NCBI GenBank assembly: GCA_963762145.1
Contig: CAVXJS010000022.1
Coordinates: 32,001-96,000 of the forward strand
From: an uncultured Candidatus Rokubacteria bacterium
GTDB taxonomy: Bacteria > Methylomirabilota > Methylomirabilia > Rokubacteriales > CSP1-6
DNA: 64,000 bases
Direction: 5' to 3'
Both the position numbers and the translations under genes were made by a program. The notes beneath the pieces were generated by a model that saw nothing but the letters and a program-made list of their open reading frames with translations, was not told where the DNA came from and made no database searches. Shown one piece after another: positions 35,677-47,531 of this stretch. Position 1 is the first letter of the stretch, and every line of letters begins with the position of its first letter.

Positions 35677-35706
35677 CCGCGCCCGCCGGAGACCCGGCGG
35701 GCGCGG
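35677..35706. terminator. Intercistronic stem-loop after the substrate-binding gene
   Basis: CCGCGCCCGCCGG-AGAC-CCGGCGGGCGCGG, a perfect 13-bp stem. Confidence 0.65.
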
Positions 35707-35713
35707 CGCGGGG

Positions 35714-36904
35714 CTATCGCTTGCTCCACTCCGGCGTCGGGTACCGCATCTTGCCGTTCGATAGATCGTCCGGCCACACCACGATGCGCTTGCCGTCCTG
35801 CCACTGGAGCATGACCATCTTGTGCGCGATCTGGAAGCCGTCAGGCTCGACCTTGTACTCCCCGAACGCGGTCTTGATCTCCATCTTGAGAAGCTGGTCG
35901 CGGACCTTGTCGGCGTCGAGCGTCCCCGCCTTCTTCACCGCCTCCGCGTAGATGAGGCAGCCCGCGTAGCCGGCCGCGGTGTGGTAGGAGGGCTCCTGCC
36001 CCTTGAACTTGGCCTTGTAGGCGGCGAGGAACTCCTTCTGCCCGGGATACGGCAGCGACTCGTCCCACTGGGTGGAGCCGTAGATGTACTCCGCGTTCTG
36101 CTTGAGCAGGTCGTAGAACTCGGGCAGGTCCCCGCCCACCGTGAGCCCGAACATCTTCGGGTTGACGTTGAGCTCCTTCATCTGCCGCGTGATCGCCACC
36201 GCGTCGTCGAAGTAGGTGCCGGCCGCGATCACGTCCGGATTCACCGCCTTGATCTTCACCAGCAGCGCCGAGAAGTCGGTATTCCCCTTCGGGTAGGCCT
36301 CCTGCAGCACCACCTGCATGCCCTTCTTCTTGGCCGCCTCCGCGGTCCCCGCGGCCGACGCCTTGGGGAAGAGCGTGTCCTCGTTGATGATGGCGACCGT
36401 CTTGAGCCCGCGCTTGGCCGCCATGTCGATCAGCCCGTCCAGGTAGTTCTCGGCGGGGGTGATCACCATGAAGATGTACTTGCGGCCCTTCTTGAAGATC
36501 GAGGTGGTGGCCGCGAGCGGCGCCACCATGACCTTCTTGTACTTCTCGGTCACGTTGGCGACCGCCTCGCTCACCGCCGAGGAGTAGGGCCCCATCACCG
36601 CGTCCACCTTGTCCTCGGTGATCAGCTTCTCGTAGAGCCGCACCGCGGTGGCCGGGTTCGACTGATCGTCGTAGATGACGAGCTCGACCTTGCGGCCGAG
36701 GACGCCGCCCTTGGCGTTCAGCTCGTCGATGCAGACGTCGTAGCCTTGCTTCTGGTAGGTGCCGGGCTTGGCGTACGTGCCGGTCACCGACATGGAGGCG
36801 CCGATCTTGATCGGGGTCTGGGCACCTGCGGGCAGCGGGAGCGAGGCGAACACGATGCCGGCGAGGGCCGCCGGGGCCAGACGTTTCCAGGACGTCATCG
36901 TCAT
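35714..36904 (-). CDS. Liv-type ABC substrate-binding protein
   Basis: Signal peptide, IKIGASMSVTG, GGVLGRKVELVIYDDQS, MGPYSS. SD GAGGAGG. Confidence 0.9.
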   Translation of the reverse strand: MTMTSWKRLAPAALAGIVFASLPLPAGAQTPIKIGASMSVTGTYAKPGTYQKQGYDVCIDELNAKGGVLGRKVELVIYDDQSNPATAVRLYEKLITEDKVDAVMGPYSSAVSEAVANVTEKYKKVMVAPLAATTSIFKKGRKYIFMVITPAENYLDGLIDMAAKRGLKTVAIINEDTLFPKASAAGTAEAAKKKGMQVVLQEAYPKGNTDFSALLVKIKAVNPDVIAAGTYFDDAVAITRQMKELNVNPKMFGLTVGGDLPEFYDLLKQNAEYIYGSTQWDESLPYPGQKEFLAAYKAKFKGQEPSYHTAAGYAGCLIYAEAVKKAGTLDADKVRDQLLKMEIKTAFGEYKVEPDGFQIAHKMVMLQWQDGKRIVVWPDDLSNGKMRYPTPEWSKR

Positions 36905-37044
36905 GTGAATCCTCCTCGGACCTGTCTCGGACGGATGGGGCACGACTGGAATAGCCTTTGTTTTAGCAAACATGCCACGACGAGTCAAGGTTCCCGGCCG
37001 CGACCGCTTGACGCGGGGCGCGCCCCCGTCAATCATGCGCTGTC

Positions 37045-37539
37045 ATGCCCCGAGACGTCCGCCCCGTCCACCACCCCGACAAGCGCCACGTGGATATGCC
37101 CTATGCGCCGGCGCTCCTGGTGCGGCGCGGCAGCCTGCTGTTCCTGTCCGGACTCACCGCGGCCCCCGTCTACCACAGCCATCCGCATCGCGAGGAGGAG
37201 TTCGACCTGCCGCCCCGCATGCGCGAGCAGGCCGTGCTCCTGATGGAGAACCTCAAGACCACGCTCGCCGCGGCGGGCTGTACGCTGGCCGACGTGGTAT
37301 GGGCCACGCGCTATCTCACCGACGTGGCCGAGCAGGACGATCTGAACGCGGTCTGGGCCGCGTATCTGGGCACCCACCGGCCCACCACGACCACCGTCGA
37401 GGTCTCGCGCCTGGCGACACACGCCAACTGCAAGATCGAGATCAGCGTCATCGCGGTAACAGACGACGCAGCCACGGGGGATGTCGAGCACGGTGAGGCG
37501 CAGCCGAAGGCGAGCCGAACGGATACAAAAAAAGCTTAA
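37045..37539 (+). CDS. RidA/YjgF family protein
   Basis: LFLSGLT, LAAAGCTLADVV, RPTTTTVEVSRL, KIEI. Confidence 0.85.
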   Translation: MPRDVRPVHHPDKRHVDMPYAPALLVRRGSLLFLSGLTAAPVYHSHPHREEEFDLPPRMREQAVLLMENLKTTLAAAGCTLADVVWATRYLTDVAEQDDLNAVWAAYLGTHRPTTTTVEVSRLATHANCKIEISVIAVTDDAATGDVEHGEAQPKASRTDTKKA

Positions 37540-37581
37540 AGGAAGTAAACGTAAGACCGCTGTCCAGAAGCGCCGCCGCCC

Positions 37582-38475
37582 GTGACCACCCTCGGCTTCG
37601 TCGGCCTCGGCGCGATGGGCGGCCGCATGGCGCGGCGCCTGCTCGACGCCGGCCACTCGCTCTGCGGCTACAACCGCACCGCCGCGAAGGCGGCCGATCT
37701 CGTCCGCGCGGGCATGACCCTCGCCGCCTCACCTCGAGACGTCGCCGAGCGGGCGGACGTGATCTTCACCATGGTCACCGACGACGCCGCCCTGGAAGCG
37801 GTGACGAATGCGCCCGCCGGCCTGCTGGCCGGCTGGCGGCCCGGCGCGATCCTGGTCGAGATGAGCACGGTGAGCCCCGCGGTGGTCGAGCGGCTCGCCG
37901 CCGCGGTCGGGGCGCGCGACGGCGCGCTGCTCGACGCACCGGTCTCCGGCAGCCCCGCCACGCTGGACGCGGGCCAGCTCTCGTTCATGGTCGGCGGCGA
38001 CCCGGCGGTGCTGGAGCGGGCGCGTCCGTACATCGAGGCGATCGGCCCGACCATCACCCACGTCGGACGCGTGGGGCTCGCCAAGAGCATGAAGATCGCG
38101 GTCAACCAGGGCCTCGCGGTCCAGATGCTCGCGTTCGCGGAGGCGGTCCTGCTGGCCGAGAAGGCCGGCATCGACCGCGCCCGCGCGGTGGAGGTATTGC
38201 TCAAGAGCGTGGTGGCCTCCCCGATGGTGAAATACCGCGGCCCCTTCGTCCTCGGCATGCCCCAGGAAGCCTGGTTCGACGTGGACATGATCCAGAAGGA
38301 CCTGCGCCTCGCCCTCGACATGGCCCGCACCTGCGGCGTCGCGCTCCCCAGCGTCGCCCTCACCCACGAGCTCATGACCGCCGCCCGCGGCCTCGGCCTT
38401 GCCCACTACGACTTCGCCGTCGTCTTCGACGTCCTCGCCAACATGAGCGCCCTACCGCCGAGCAAGAAGCTGTAG
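37582..38475 (+). CDS. NAD(P)-dependent beta-hydroxyacid dehydrogenase (3-hydroxyisobutyrate dehydrogenase family)
   Basis: GFVGLGAMG, EMSTVSP, DAPVSGS, KDLRLA. Confidence 0.9.
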   Translation: MTTLGFVGLGAMGGRMARRLLDAGHSLCGYNRTAAKAADLVRAGMTLAASPRDVAERADVIFTMVTDDAALEAVTNAPAGLLAGWRPGAILVEMSTVSPAVVERLAAAVGARDGALLDAPVSGSPATLDAGQLSFMVGGDPAVLERARPYIEAIGPTITHVGRVGLAKSMKIAVNQGLAVQMLAFAEAVLLAEKAGIDRARAVEVLLKSVVASPMVKYRGPFVLGMPQEAWFDVDMIQKDLRLALDMARTCGVALPSVALTHELMTAARGLGLAHYDFAVVFDVLANMSALPPSKKL

Positions 38476-38528
38476 ATCTTGAGATTCGAGCTTCGTTCGA
38501 CGCTCAGAGAGAACGACAGGACGTCATA

Positions 38529-38684
38529 GGTTCGGGCGGGTGGGGCGGGGGGCGCTCCCGGGGACCGTGTCTTCTGCGGGATATCGAAGCCGGCACGTCC
38601 CATCTCGTGGCTCGATCGAGACGGCAGCACGGGTCGCGACTCAGCGTGTCCCCGGGAGCGGCCCCCGCCCCGCCCGCCCGAACC
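38529..38684. repeat. 156-bp element with 37-bp terminal inverted repeats (MITE/REPIN-like)
   Basis: 38529-38565 and the reverse complement of 38648-38684 match at 35 of 37 positions. Confidence 0.8.
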
Positions 38685-38694
38685 GCGCGCCGAG

Positions 38695-39417
38695 CTAGGG
38701 CTCCTCGCGCGCCTCGTACCGGAGCGCGCGCGCTTGCATCCATCGCACCGCGAGCAGATCCTCGAACGCGACGAACGCCCGGTTTCGAATGCCGTAGTGC
38801 GACACGCCGAACCGCCGCGCGCGATGGCTGACGGGCAGCTCGAGCACGCGGCAGCCCGCCATCCGCAGCAGCGTCGGCACAAATCGATGGAAGCCGCGGA
38901 ACCGCGGCAGGCACGAGAGGCAATCGCGCCGCATCACGCGCAGGGTGCAGGCGCTGTCGTGCACGTCCTCCCGGGTGATCGCGTTCCGCACCGCGTTGGC
39001 CACGCGCGAGGAGACCCGCTTGAGCCAGGGATCGTCCCGCCGCTGGCGCCAGCCGGTCACCGCGTCGTAGCCGTCGAGGTGGGCGAGCATGCGCGGGATG
39101 TCGCGCGGGTCGTTCTGCAGATCGCTGTCCATCGTGACCACGATGCGCCCGCGCGCCCGCGAGAAGCCGGCGTCCAGCGCCACCGAGAGCCCGCCGTTGC
39201 CGGCCAGACGGAGCAGGCGCACGCGCGCGTCGCGCGCGTGAAGGCTCCGCGCGACCGCGGCGGTGGTGTCGGTGCTGCCGTCGTCCACGATGATGACCTC
39301 CGCCGCGCGCCCGATCGCGTCGAGGACCGGGCCGAGCTCGGCCCAGACCTGGGGCAGGCTCTCCTCCTCGTTGAAGGCGGGCAGGAGCACCGACAGCTCC
39401 GGCGCGGCGTGGCTCAC
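38695..39417 (-). CDS. GT2 glycosyltransferase (ArnC/polyprenol-phosphate type)
   Basis: LPAFNEE, VDDGSTD, TMDSDLQNDP, FHRFVP. Confidence 0.9.
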   Translation of the reverse strand: MSHAAPELSVLLPAFNEEESLPQVWAELGPVLDAIGRAAEVIIVDDGSTDTTAAVARSLHARDARVRLLRLAGNGGLSVALDAGFSRARGRIVVTMDSDLQNDPRDIPRMLAHLDGYDAVTGWRQRRDDPWLKRVSSRVANAVRNAITREDVHDSACTLRVMRRDCLSCLPRFRGFHRFVPTLLRMAGCRVLELPVSHRARRFGVSHYGIRNRAFVAFEDLLAVRWMQARALRYEAREEP

Positions 39418-41009
39418 GGGCGGGGCCCCAGCAGCAGCATACGGTCGCGGCCCACCCGGCCGGCGAGCAGCACCTGCCAGCGCGCCTCGTTGGCCGCGCG
39501 CATCTTCTCCCACCGCTCCTCGCGCATCAGCACCACGTCCCCGGGGGCCGGCGCGGCGAGCTGTGCCTCCAGATCGGCGAGACGCACCAGCTCGTGGATC
39601 GACCGGCGCAGGTAGAAATCATGGGCGAGCCCCGCGTCGAGGTGCGTAATGACGCGGGCATCGGGGGGCAGTCGCTCGGCCACTGCCGCGGTGAAGCCGC
39701 GGATGTTGCTGCGCTCGGCGTAGCGTCCCGGATAGATCCAGCCCTCCACGGTCAGGATACCGCCGACCGCGAGCGCCAGCGCCACGATGGCGGCGAGTCC
39801 CGACCCCCGGACGGCCAGCAGCGCCAGCGCGGCCGCGGGGCCGGCCACCGCCAGCCCGGCGATGACCGTGCGCGGCCAGCCGGGCGGCGGCACGAACGTC
39901 TCGCTCCCCGGCGCGGTCCGGAGCAGGACAACCGCGGCCGCCGCCGCCAGCACCACGCCGACGGAGAGTGACCCCAGCAGCACCCGCCGGCCCCGCCGGG
40001 TCGGATCGAGCGGCGCGCGCGCCAGCAGCTCCGCCACCAGCAGCGCCAGCGGCGGCAGCACCGGCAGAAAATACCGCGCCCGCTGCTCGCTGGACAGGCT
40101 GACCGCCACCGCGGTGACCAGGGTCCACACCAGGAGCGGCCGACGCCGCGGATCGCGATCGCGCCACCACCACCAGAGCCCGGCCGGCAGCATGAGCGTC
40201 CAGGGCAGGAACCGCACCAGATTCTCCTGCAGCGACTCGATCCGAGACGAGCCGGTCCGCTCGCGGAAGTACCAGTCGCCGTAGTGGCCGACCACGACAC
40301 CGCCGACGTAGCTCCGCTCGGTCTGCAGGAGATAGGGCAGGAGCCACGGCAGGCTCGCCAGCGCGAGGATGCCGATCCCCACCGGCAGACGCAGCCACCG
40401 AAGACCGCGCCACCAGCCGTCCTCGATCGAGACGAGGGCGATCGCGGCCAGCAGCCCCATCAGAGCCGCGGGGCCCTTGGTGGCGAGCGCGCCGGCCAGG
40501 CAGAGGTAGAAGCCGATCAGGCGCGGAAGGGGAGCGGGCGCCTGCCGCGCGGTCAGCAGGAAGTAGAGCGCCCACATGAGCCACGCGGTCATCATCATGT
40601 CGGAGAAGACCTGGTGCGACATGAAGTAGAAGAACGGCACGGTGGCGAGCACGAGCGCGGCGGCGAGCCCGACGCTCCGCCCCCAGAGCCGTCGGCCGAT
40701 CGCGATGACCGCGAGGAGCGTGGCGAGGGCGGCGACCACGGAGGCGATCGGCGCGGTGGCGTCGTTCACGACCCCGAAGGGCTTGGCGAGCACCGCGACG
40801 GTCCAGAAGTAGAGCGGCGGCTTGTTCAGGTAGATCACGCCGCGCACCCGGGGCAGCAGCCAGTGGTGCGACTCGACCGCCTCCCGGGCGAGCAAGGCGA
40901 AGCGCGCCTCGTCCTGGTTGGAGAGCGGGCGACGCCCCACCGGCAAGGCGAACACCACGAGGGCACACAGCAGCAGCAGCGCGGTGAGCGCCGCCGAAGC
41001 GGGCGCGAC
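39414..41009 (-). CDS. ArnT/PMT-family membrane glycosyltransferase (start uncertain)
   Basis: DEARFALLAREA, YLNKPPLYFW, ATKGP, RYFLP. Confidence 0.85.
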   Translation of the reverse strand, partial: VAPASAALTALLLLCALVVFALPVGRRPLSNQDEARFALLAREAVESHHWLLPRVRGVIYLNKPPLYFWTVAVLAKPFGVVNDATAPIASVVAALATLLAVIAIGRRLWGRSVGLAAALVLATVPFFYFMSHQVFSDMMMTAWLMWALYFLLTARQAPAPLPRLIGFYLCLAGALATKGPAALMGLLAAIALVSIEDGWWRGLRWLRLPVGIGILALASLPWLLPYLLQTERSYVGGVVVGHYGDWYFRERTGSSRIESLQENLVRFLPWTLMLPAGLWWWWRDRDPRRRPLLVWTLVTAVAVSLSSEQRARYFLPVLPPLALLVAELLARAPLDPTRRGRRVLLGSLSVGVVLAAAAAVVLLRTAPGSETFVPPPGWPRTVIAGLAVAGPAAALALLAVRGSGLAAIVALALAVGGILTVEGWIYPGRYAERSNIRGFTAAVAERLPPDARVITHLDAGLAHDFYLRRSIHELVRLADLEAQLAAPAPGDVVLMREERWEKMRAANEARWQVLLAGRVGRDRMLLLGPRP

Positions 41010-41897
41010 TCAGAGCACCCCCACGCGCCGCGCTCGCTCCGCGATCTTGCGGGCCCGGGTGAGATGCGGCATGTCCATCATCTGCCCCTTCCACGCGAAG
41101 GCCCCCGCGCCCCGCCGCGCCTGCTCCTCGAAGGCGGCGATGAGGGCCACCGCCTCTTCCGCGTCCGCCCGGGACGGCGTGAACTCCGCGTTGATCACCT
41201 CGATCTGGCTCGGGTGGATCGAGATCTTGCCGCTGAAGCCCATCGCGACGCCGTCCCGGCATTCGCGGCGCGAGGCCGTCCAGGTCCGGGATGTCGGTGA
41301 AGACCGTGTCGATCGCTTCCACGCCCGCGGCCGAGGCGGCCACCGCGCACATCACGCGCGCGTAGCGGGGGATGTCGAGGTAGCGGCCCTCCGCGTCGCG
41401 GGTCCGCGGCAGGCCCATGGCCGCCGAGAGGTCCTCGATGCCCCAGGAGACGGCGACGATGCGCGGGCTCGCGCCCGCGATCTCCTTGATGTTGAGCAGG
41501 CCCTCGGGCGTCTCGGTGGCGATCAGGACCAGCCGCGTGGAGCCGAACGGGCATCCCGTGGCGCTGCTCGAGCCCGTCGAGCATGGCGGCGACGCGGCGG
41601 ACGTCCTCGGCCCGGCGCGGCTTCGGCACCACGTAGCCGTCGGGCCGGCCCGCCGATGGTCTCGGCCAGGTCGGCCTCCGCGTGCTCGGTGAAGACGGGA
41701 TTCATGCGGACCCAGCGCTCGCGGCCGCCGAAATCGAGCGTCTCGAGCCACCGCCGCACGATGGGCCGGGTGGCCGCCTTGCGGTCGGGCGTCACCGCGT
41801 CCTCGAGGTCCAGGATCAGGCCATCGGCGGGGAGGGTGAGCGCCTTGGCGATCATCTTCTCGTTGCCGCCGGGCACGAAGTGGAGCGATCGTCGCAT
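41010..41897 (-). CDS. CitE/malyl-CoA lyase family protein (frameshifts)
   Basis: RRSLHFVPG, ILDLEDAV, ETPEG, GKISIHPSQ. Confidence 0.88.
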
Positions 41898-41914
41898 GCG
41901 GAGGATCGACTCCC

Positions 41915-42367
41915 TCAGGCGCTCCGGCGACGCATCATGGCGGCGCGGCGGCAGGTCATCACCACATCGCCGTGCTGGTTGCGCGCCCGGTGCTCGAAGA
42001 TCACGATGCCCCACTGCGGCCGCGACTTCGACTCCCGCTTCTCGACGACCTCGGTCTCCGAGTAGATGGTGTCGCCGTGGAAGACCGGCTTCGGGAACTC
42101 GACCTTCTCGAAGCCCAGGTTGCCGACGGTGGTGCCGAGCGTGGTCTCGCCGACGCTCAGGCCGACCGCGATGCCGAGCGTGAGCAGGCTGTTGACGAGC
42201 GGCTTGCCGAACTCCGCCGTCTGGGCCGCGTGGAAGTCGACGTGCAGCGGCTGCGGGTTCATGGTGAGGCAGGAGAAGAACACGTTGTCCGACTCGGTGA
42301 TGGTGCGTCCGGGCTGGTGCTTGTAGACCTGACCCGGCTCGAGCTCCTCGAACAGCTTGCCCGGCAT
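41915..42367 (-). CDS. MaoC-family dehydratase
   Basis: [26 protein letters not shown]. Confidence 0.9.
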   Translation of the reverse strand: MPGKLFEELEPGQVYKHQPGRTITESDNVFFSCLTMNPQPLHVDFHAAQTAEFGKPLVNSLLTLGIAVGLSVGETTLGTTVGNLGFEKVEFPKPVFHGDTIYSETEVVEKRESKSRPQWGIVIFEHRARNQHGDVVMTCRRAAMMRRRSA

Positions 42368-42401
42368 CGTCTTCTCCGCTCTCGGAGCTGGGCGGGACGG
42401 C

Positions 42402-43073
42402 TCAGCGCGCGGGAGCGCGGACGGCGTCCAGCTCCGCGAGCACGCGGGCGCTCGAATCCACCCTCCCGAGCAGCCGCTGGAAGTTCTGGCACGCCGCCTC
42501 GTGGAGCGGCCGGCTGGCCGCGCCGCAGCCGTCCTCCACGAGCAGGCAGCGGAAGCCGCGGTCGGCCGCGTCCCGCGCGGTGCCCTCGACGCACGAGTTG
42601 GTGGACACGCCGGTGAAGACGAGCTGGTCCACGCCCCACGCCCGCACGAGCCGCTCGAAGCCCGAGGAGTGGAACGCGCTCATCGTGGTCTTGTTGAGCA
42701 CGGGCTCGTGCGGCCGGGGCGCGAGCGCGTCCAGGATCTCGTGCTCGCGCCGGCCCCGCGTGTTGCCCACCGCCTCCGCCATCGGCCGCATGTGGGCCGG
42801 CAGGTCGCTGTAGTCGGGCAGCTCCGAGCCCACCGTGAGGAAGACCACCCGAAGGCTTCGCTCGCGGAATGCGGCGAGCAGCCGCTGGATGGTGGGAACC
42901 AGCACCGTCTCGATGCGATCGAAGCGCTCGGTTCCCTGGGCCTCGCGCCCTTGATCCTTCAGGAGCCGGCCCAGGCCCTCGTGGCGCGAGCCGCTCGCGT
43001 ACTGCATGTCCACCACCACCAGCGCCACCCGGGCCGGATCGAGCTGGAAGCCCGGATTGAACTGGCTGCGCAT
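42402..43073 (-). CDS. Isochorismatase-family cysteine hydrolase
   Basis: [31 protein letters not shown]. Confidence 0.9.
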   Translation of the reverse strand: MRSQFNPGFQLDPARVALVVVDMQYASGSRHEGLGRLLKDQGREAQGTERFDRIETVLVPTIQRLLAAFRERSLRVVFLTVGSELPDYSDLPAHMRPMAEAVGNTRGRREHEILDALAPRPHEPVLNKTTMSAFHSSGFERLVRAWGVDQLVFTGVSTNSCVEGTARDAADRGFRCLLVEDGCGAASRPLHEAACQNFQRLLGRVDSSARVLAELDAVRAPAR

Positions 43074-43126
43074 AGTCCGGCGACCCGCAGCCGGAGGCGA
43101 GGGGAGCGGATACATGATCCGTGGCT

Positions 43127-43162
43127 CCCTCTCCCCTCTGGGGAGAGGGCCGGGGTGAGGGG
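43127..43162 (-). repeat. REP-like palindromic repeat, copy 2
   Basis: Minus strand CCCCTCACCCCGG-CCCTCTCCCC-AGA-GGGGAGAGGG. Confidence 0.75.
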
Positions 43163-43191
43163 CTCACAGCGGGACGGCCATGGCGGCGGGT

Positions 43192-44623
43192 CTAGCAGGC
43201 CGGACGGCGGAGCACGGCCGGGTCGATCCTCCGCGAGACCCACTGGCCATCGCTCGGGCTGCCGAGCAGACGGCCGCGCTCCGCGATGATCTTGCCGCGA
43301 AGCACGGTCATGACGGGCCAGCCGGAGACCGCCCAGCCCTCCCACGGGCTGTAGTCGGTCACGTGGAAGTCGTCGCGGGTCAGCGTCTTGCGGATCGTCG
43401 GATCGATCAGGACCAGGTCCGCGTCGCTGCCCGGGGCGATGACGCCCTTCTTCGGGTAGAGCCCGAGGATCCGCGCCGCGTTGGTGGCGGTGACGTCGGC
43501 GAAGCGCGTCAGCGACATGCCGCGCTTGACCACGCCCTCGGTGTAGCCGATGCCGATGCGCGCCTCCGCTCCGACGTTGCCGCCGGTCACGTCCTCGATG
43601 GTGCGGCCCTTGAGCTTGAGCTCGAGGCTCGTCGGGTACTCGTCGGTCGCGAGCGTGGAGAGCCCGTCGTGCACGAGCCCGTTCCAGAGCGCCTTCTGGT
43701 CCTCGGGGAACTTGAGCGACGGGTAGGTGTGCGAGCAGAACCCGCGCGGGGTCTTGTAGTACTCGGCGTTGAAGCACGCGTACTGGTGCAGCGTCTCGCC
43801 GTAGACGGGCAGGCCCTGCGACCGGGCCTCCGCGATGGACTCGACGCCCTCCTGCGCGGAGACGTGGACGAAGTACACGCCGGCCCCGGTCGCCTTGGCC
43901 AGCGCGGTCGTCCGCCGGAAGGCGAGCAGCTCCGAGAGCTTGGTGTGGACGAGATGGAGGTTGCTCCCCTCCATGCGCCCTTCCTCGCGGAAGCGCTCGT
44001 AGTTGAACTGGACCAGGTCCTCGTCCTCGCCGTGCACGACCATGATGCCGCCCGCCTTCGCGACCTTCTCCATCGCGAAGTGGATGCGCCCGAAGTCGAT
44101 GCGGTTGCCCGCGCGCTTGGGATGCGGCGGCAGCACGTTGGTGGTGAAGACCTTGAAGCTCGGGTACCCGGCCTGCACCGCCTCGCCGATCTGGTCGAAG
44201 ACGCGGATCGGCAGCGCCCCCGCGAGCGTGAGATGGAAGGCGTAGTCCACGTACGAGTTGCCCTTCCACCGGCTCGCCCGCTGCTCGATCACGCGGCTGA
44301 ATATCGAGGCCCGGCCGCACGTAGGCGAAATCGATGTGGGTGGTGGTGCCGCCGCACGCCATGCCCTTCGTGTCGTCCTCGGGGCCCAGGGTCATCGCGG
44401 GCTGCTCGGGATGCGACATGATGCCGTGGGCCAGGTGCGCGTGAGGCTCGACCCCGCCCGGCGAGACGATCTGCCCCGCCGCGTCGATGACGCGGGCGCC
44501 CTCGGTGGGCAGCGTGCCGGACGCGCCGATCACCGCGATCCGCTCCCCCTGCACGCCCACGTCCCACAGACCGACGCCCTGCGGCGTGATGACCTGCCCG
44601 TTGCGGATCACGAGATCGAGCAC
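43192..44623 (-). CDS. Cyclic amidohydrolase (hydantoinase/dihydropyrimidinase-like); frameshift near 44295
   Basis: PGGVEPHAH, SFKVF, VHGED, FVHVS, GSDADLVL, DYSPWEG. Confidence 0.88.
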
Positions 44624-44670
44624 GGAAGGAGCCTAGCCCAGGTGACGCGCGGCCGTCAACGCTCGCGCGC

Positions 44671-46088
44671 TCACTGCAGCACCGGCCGGCGCCGGTGCCA
44701 CGCGGTCGCGCGCTCGTAGGCCTCGCCCAGCCGCAGCAGCGTCGCCTCCTCGAAGGGCCGCCCCACGAGCTGCATGGCGAGCGGGCGGCCGTCGGCCGTG
44801 GCCCCACACGGGACGGAGAGCGCGGGAACGCCGAGCCCGTTGAACGGCCGCGTGAGCCGCGAGAAGCGCCCCATGCGGGCGATCACGTCGGCCGACGCTC
44901 CCGCCTTCGCATCGGCGAGCGCGGGCGCAGGCTCCGGGATGGTAGGCGTGACCAGCACGTCGATCCGCGAGAAGACCGAGTCGAGGAACTCGCGCGTGAA
45001 GCGGGCGCGCAGCCGCTGGCCCTGCAGGTACTCGTAGGCGCTCACCATGAGCCCGGGGGCCAGCCGCTCACGCACCGCCGGCTGAAGCTCGCCGGGGCGC
45101 TCCTTGAGGAGCCGCGAGTGCACCGCGGCGCCCTCCGCGCGCACCATCGGGTTGCTGCACAGGCCGACGAGCGGCCCGGGGTCCGGCACCGTCACCGGCT
45201 CCACGACGGCACCCAGCGTCCGGAGCGCGCCCACCGCCTCCGCGAGCGCGTCCGACACCGCCGCGTCGAGATGCTCTTCGTAGAAGCCGCCGGCCACGCC
45301 CACGCGCAAACCCTTGACGCGGCCGTCGAGCGCGGCCAGGTAGTCCGGCACGGCCCGCCGGCTCGACGTGGCGTCGAGGGGATCGTGGCCCGCGATCAGA
45401 CCCAGCAGGAGGGCGGCGTCGCGGGTGGTGCGGGCGAGCGGGCCCACGTGATCGTACGACCACGAGAGCGGCATGACGCCCGCCCGGCTCACGCGGCCGT
45501 AGGTGGCCTTGAGCCCGACCACTCCGCAGCACGCCGCGGGCAGCCGGATCGAGCCGCCGGTATCGGTGCCGAGAGCGCCCGCGGCCAGCGCCGCGGCCAC
45601 CGCCGCCCCCGAGCCGCTGCTCGACCCGCCGGAAACGTGGCCGAGCCGCCACGGGTTCTGCACGTCTCCGTGATGCGCATTGTCGCCGAAGGGACCCAGC
45701 GCGAGCTCGGTCATGTTGAGCTTGCCGAGCGTGATCGCCCCCGCGGCCACCAGCCGCGCCACCGCGGTGCAGGGCGGCGCGCCCACGAAGTAGTCGGCGG
45801 TGCGGGTCCCGCAGGAGGTGGGCAGGCCCGGGATCAGGCAGAGATCCTTGTGGGCGAGCGGGACGCCGTGGAGCGGCCCGCGCCAGGCGCCGGCGGCGGC
45901 CTCGCGCTCGAGCGTCCGCGCGGCGGCCAGCGCGCCGTCGCCGTCCACCGTGATGAAGGCGCGCAGGGTGGCGTCGAGCTTCGCGATGCGGTCGAGGTAG
46001 GCGCGGGTCAGCTCGACCGGCGAGAGCCGCCCGCTCCGGATCGCGGCGGCCAGCTCGGTGATGGGGGAGAAGAGCAGGTCGTCCATGA

Positions 46089-46092
<4 letters not shown>
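44671..46092 (-). CDS. Amidase-signature family protein
   Basis: LHGVPLAHKD, GGSSSGSG, GTDTGGSIRLPA. Confidence 0.92.
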
Positions 46093-46795
<703 letters not shown>

Positions 46796-46799
<4 letters not shown>

Positions 46800-47531
46800 C
46801 GCCGCCCCTCCACCGCCCCCTCGCCCAGATAGGCCTCCACCACCCGCGGGTCGCGCGCCACCGCCGCGGGAGCGCCGTCGGCGATCTTCTCCCCGTGGTG
46901 CAGGACCACGAGGCGGTGGGACAGGGCCAGGATCGCGCGCATCACGTGCTCGATGATGAGGAGGCTCACCCCGCGCTCGTGGATGCGGCGGATCAGCCCG
47001 ATGATCGCCTCGATCTCGGTCGCGTTCAGCCCCGCCATCACCTCGTCCAGCAGCAGCAGGCGGGGCCCGGTGGCCAGCCCGCGCGCCACCTCCAGGCGCT
47101 TGCGGTCGGCGAGCGTGAGATTGCGGGCGGGCACGTCGCGCCGCGGCCCGAGCCCGACGAACTCCACGATCTCGGCGGCCTGCGCGCCGGGCCGCGGCGA
47201 CGTCACGCGACCGGTTGAAGGCGCCCACCATCACGTTCTCGAGGGTGGTCAGCCCGGCGAAGGGCTGCACGAGCTGGAACGTCCGCGCGAGGCCCAGGCG
47301 GCAGATCGCGTGGGGCTTGAGCCCGACCAGGGACGCGTCGTCGAAGGAGATGGCGCCGTCGGTCGGCGTGTGGAAGCCCGCGATGAGGTGGAACACGGTG
47401 GTCTTGCCGGCGCCGTTGGGTCCGATGAGCCCGACGATCTCGCCCGGCGCGACCGTGAGGTCGAACCGGTTGACGGCCTGCAGGCCGCCGAAGCGCTTGC
47501 TCAGCCCGCGGACCGCAAGTCCCGCGCTCAT
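46796..47531 (-). CDS. Liv-type ABC ATP-binding protein (LivG-like); frameshift near 47185
   Basis: GPNGAGKTT, LLDEVMAG, VVEAYLG. Confidence 0.9.

Noticed and set aside
36965-36978. Sigma54 promoter (TGGCATGTTTGC) upstream of the first SBP gene
   Set aside because: The GG-to-GC spacing is too short for -24/-12. A sigma70-like TTGACT-17-TAAAAC fits better.
37520-37556. AT-rich patch at the end of the RidA gene
   Set aside because: Short, with no repeat or motif I could support. Probably promoter DNA for the next gene.
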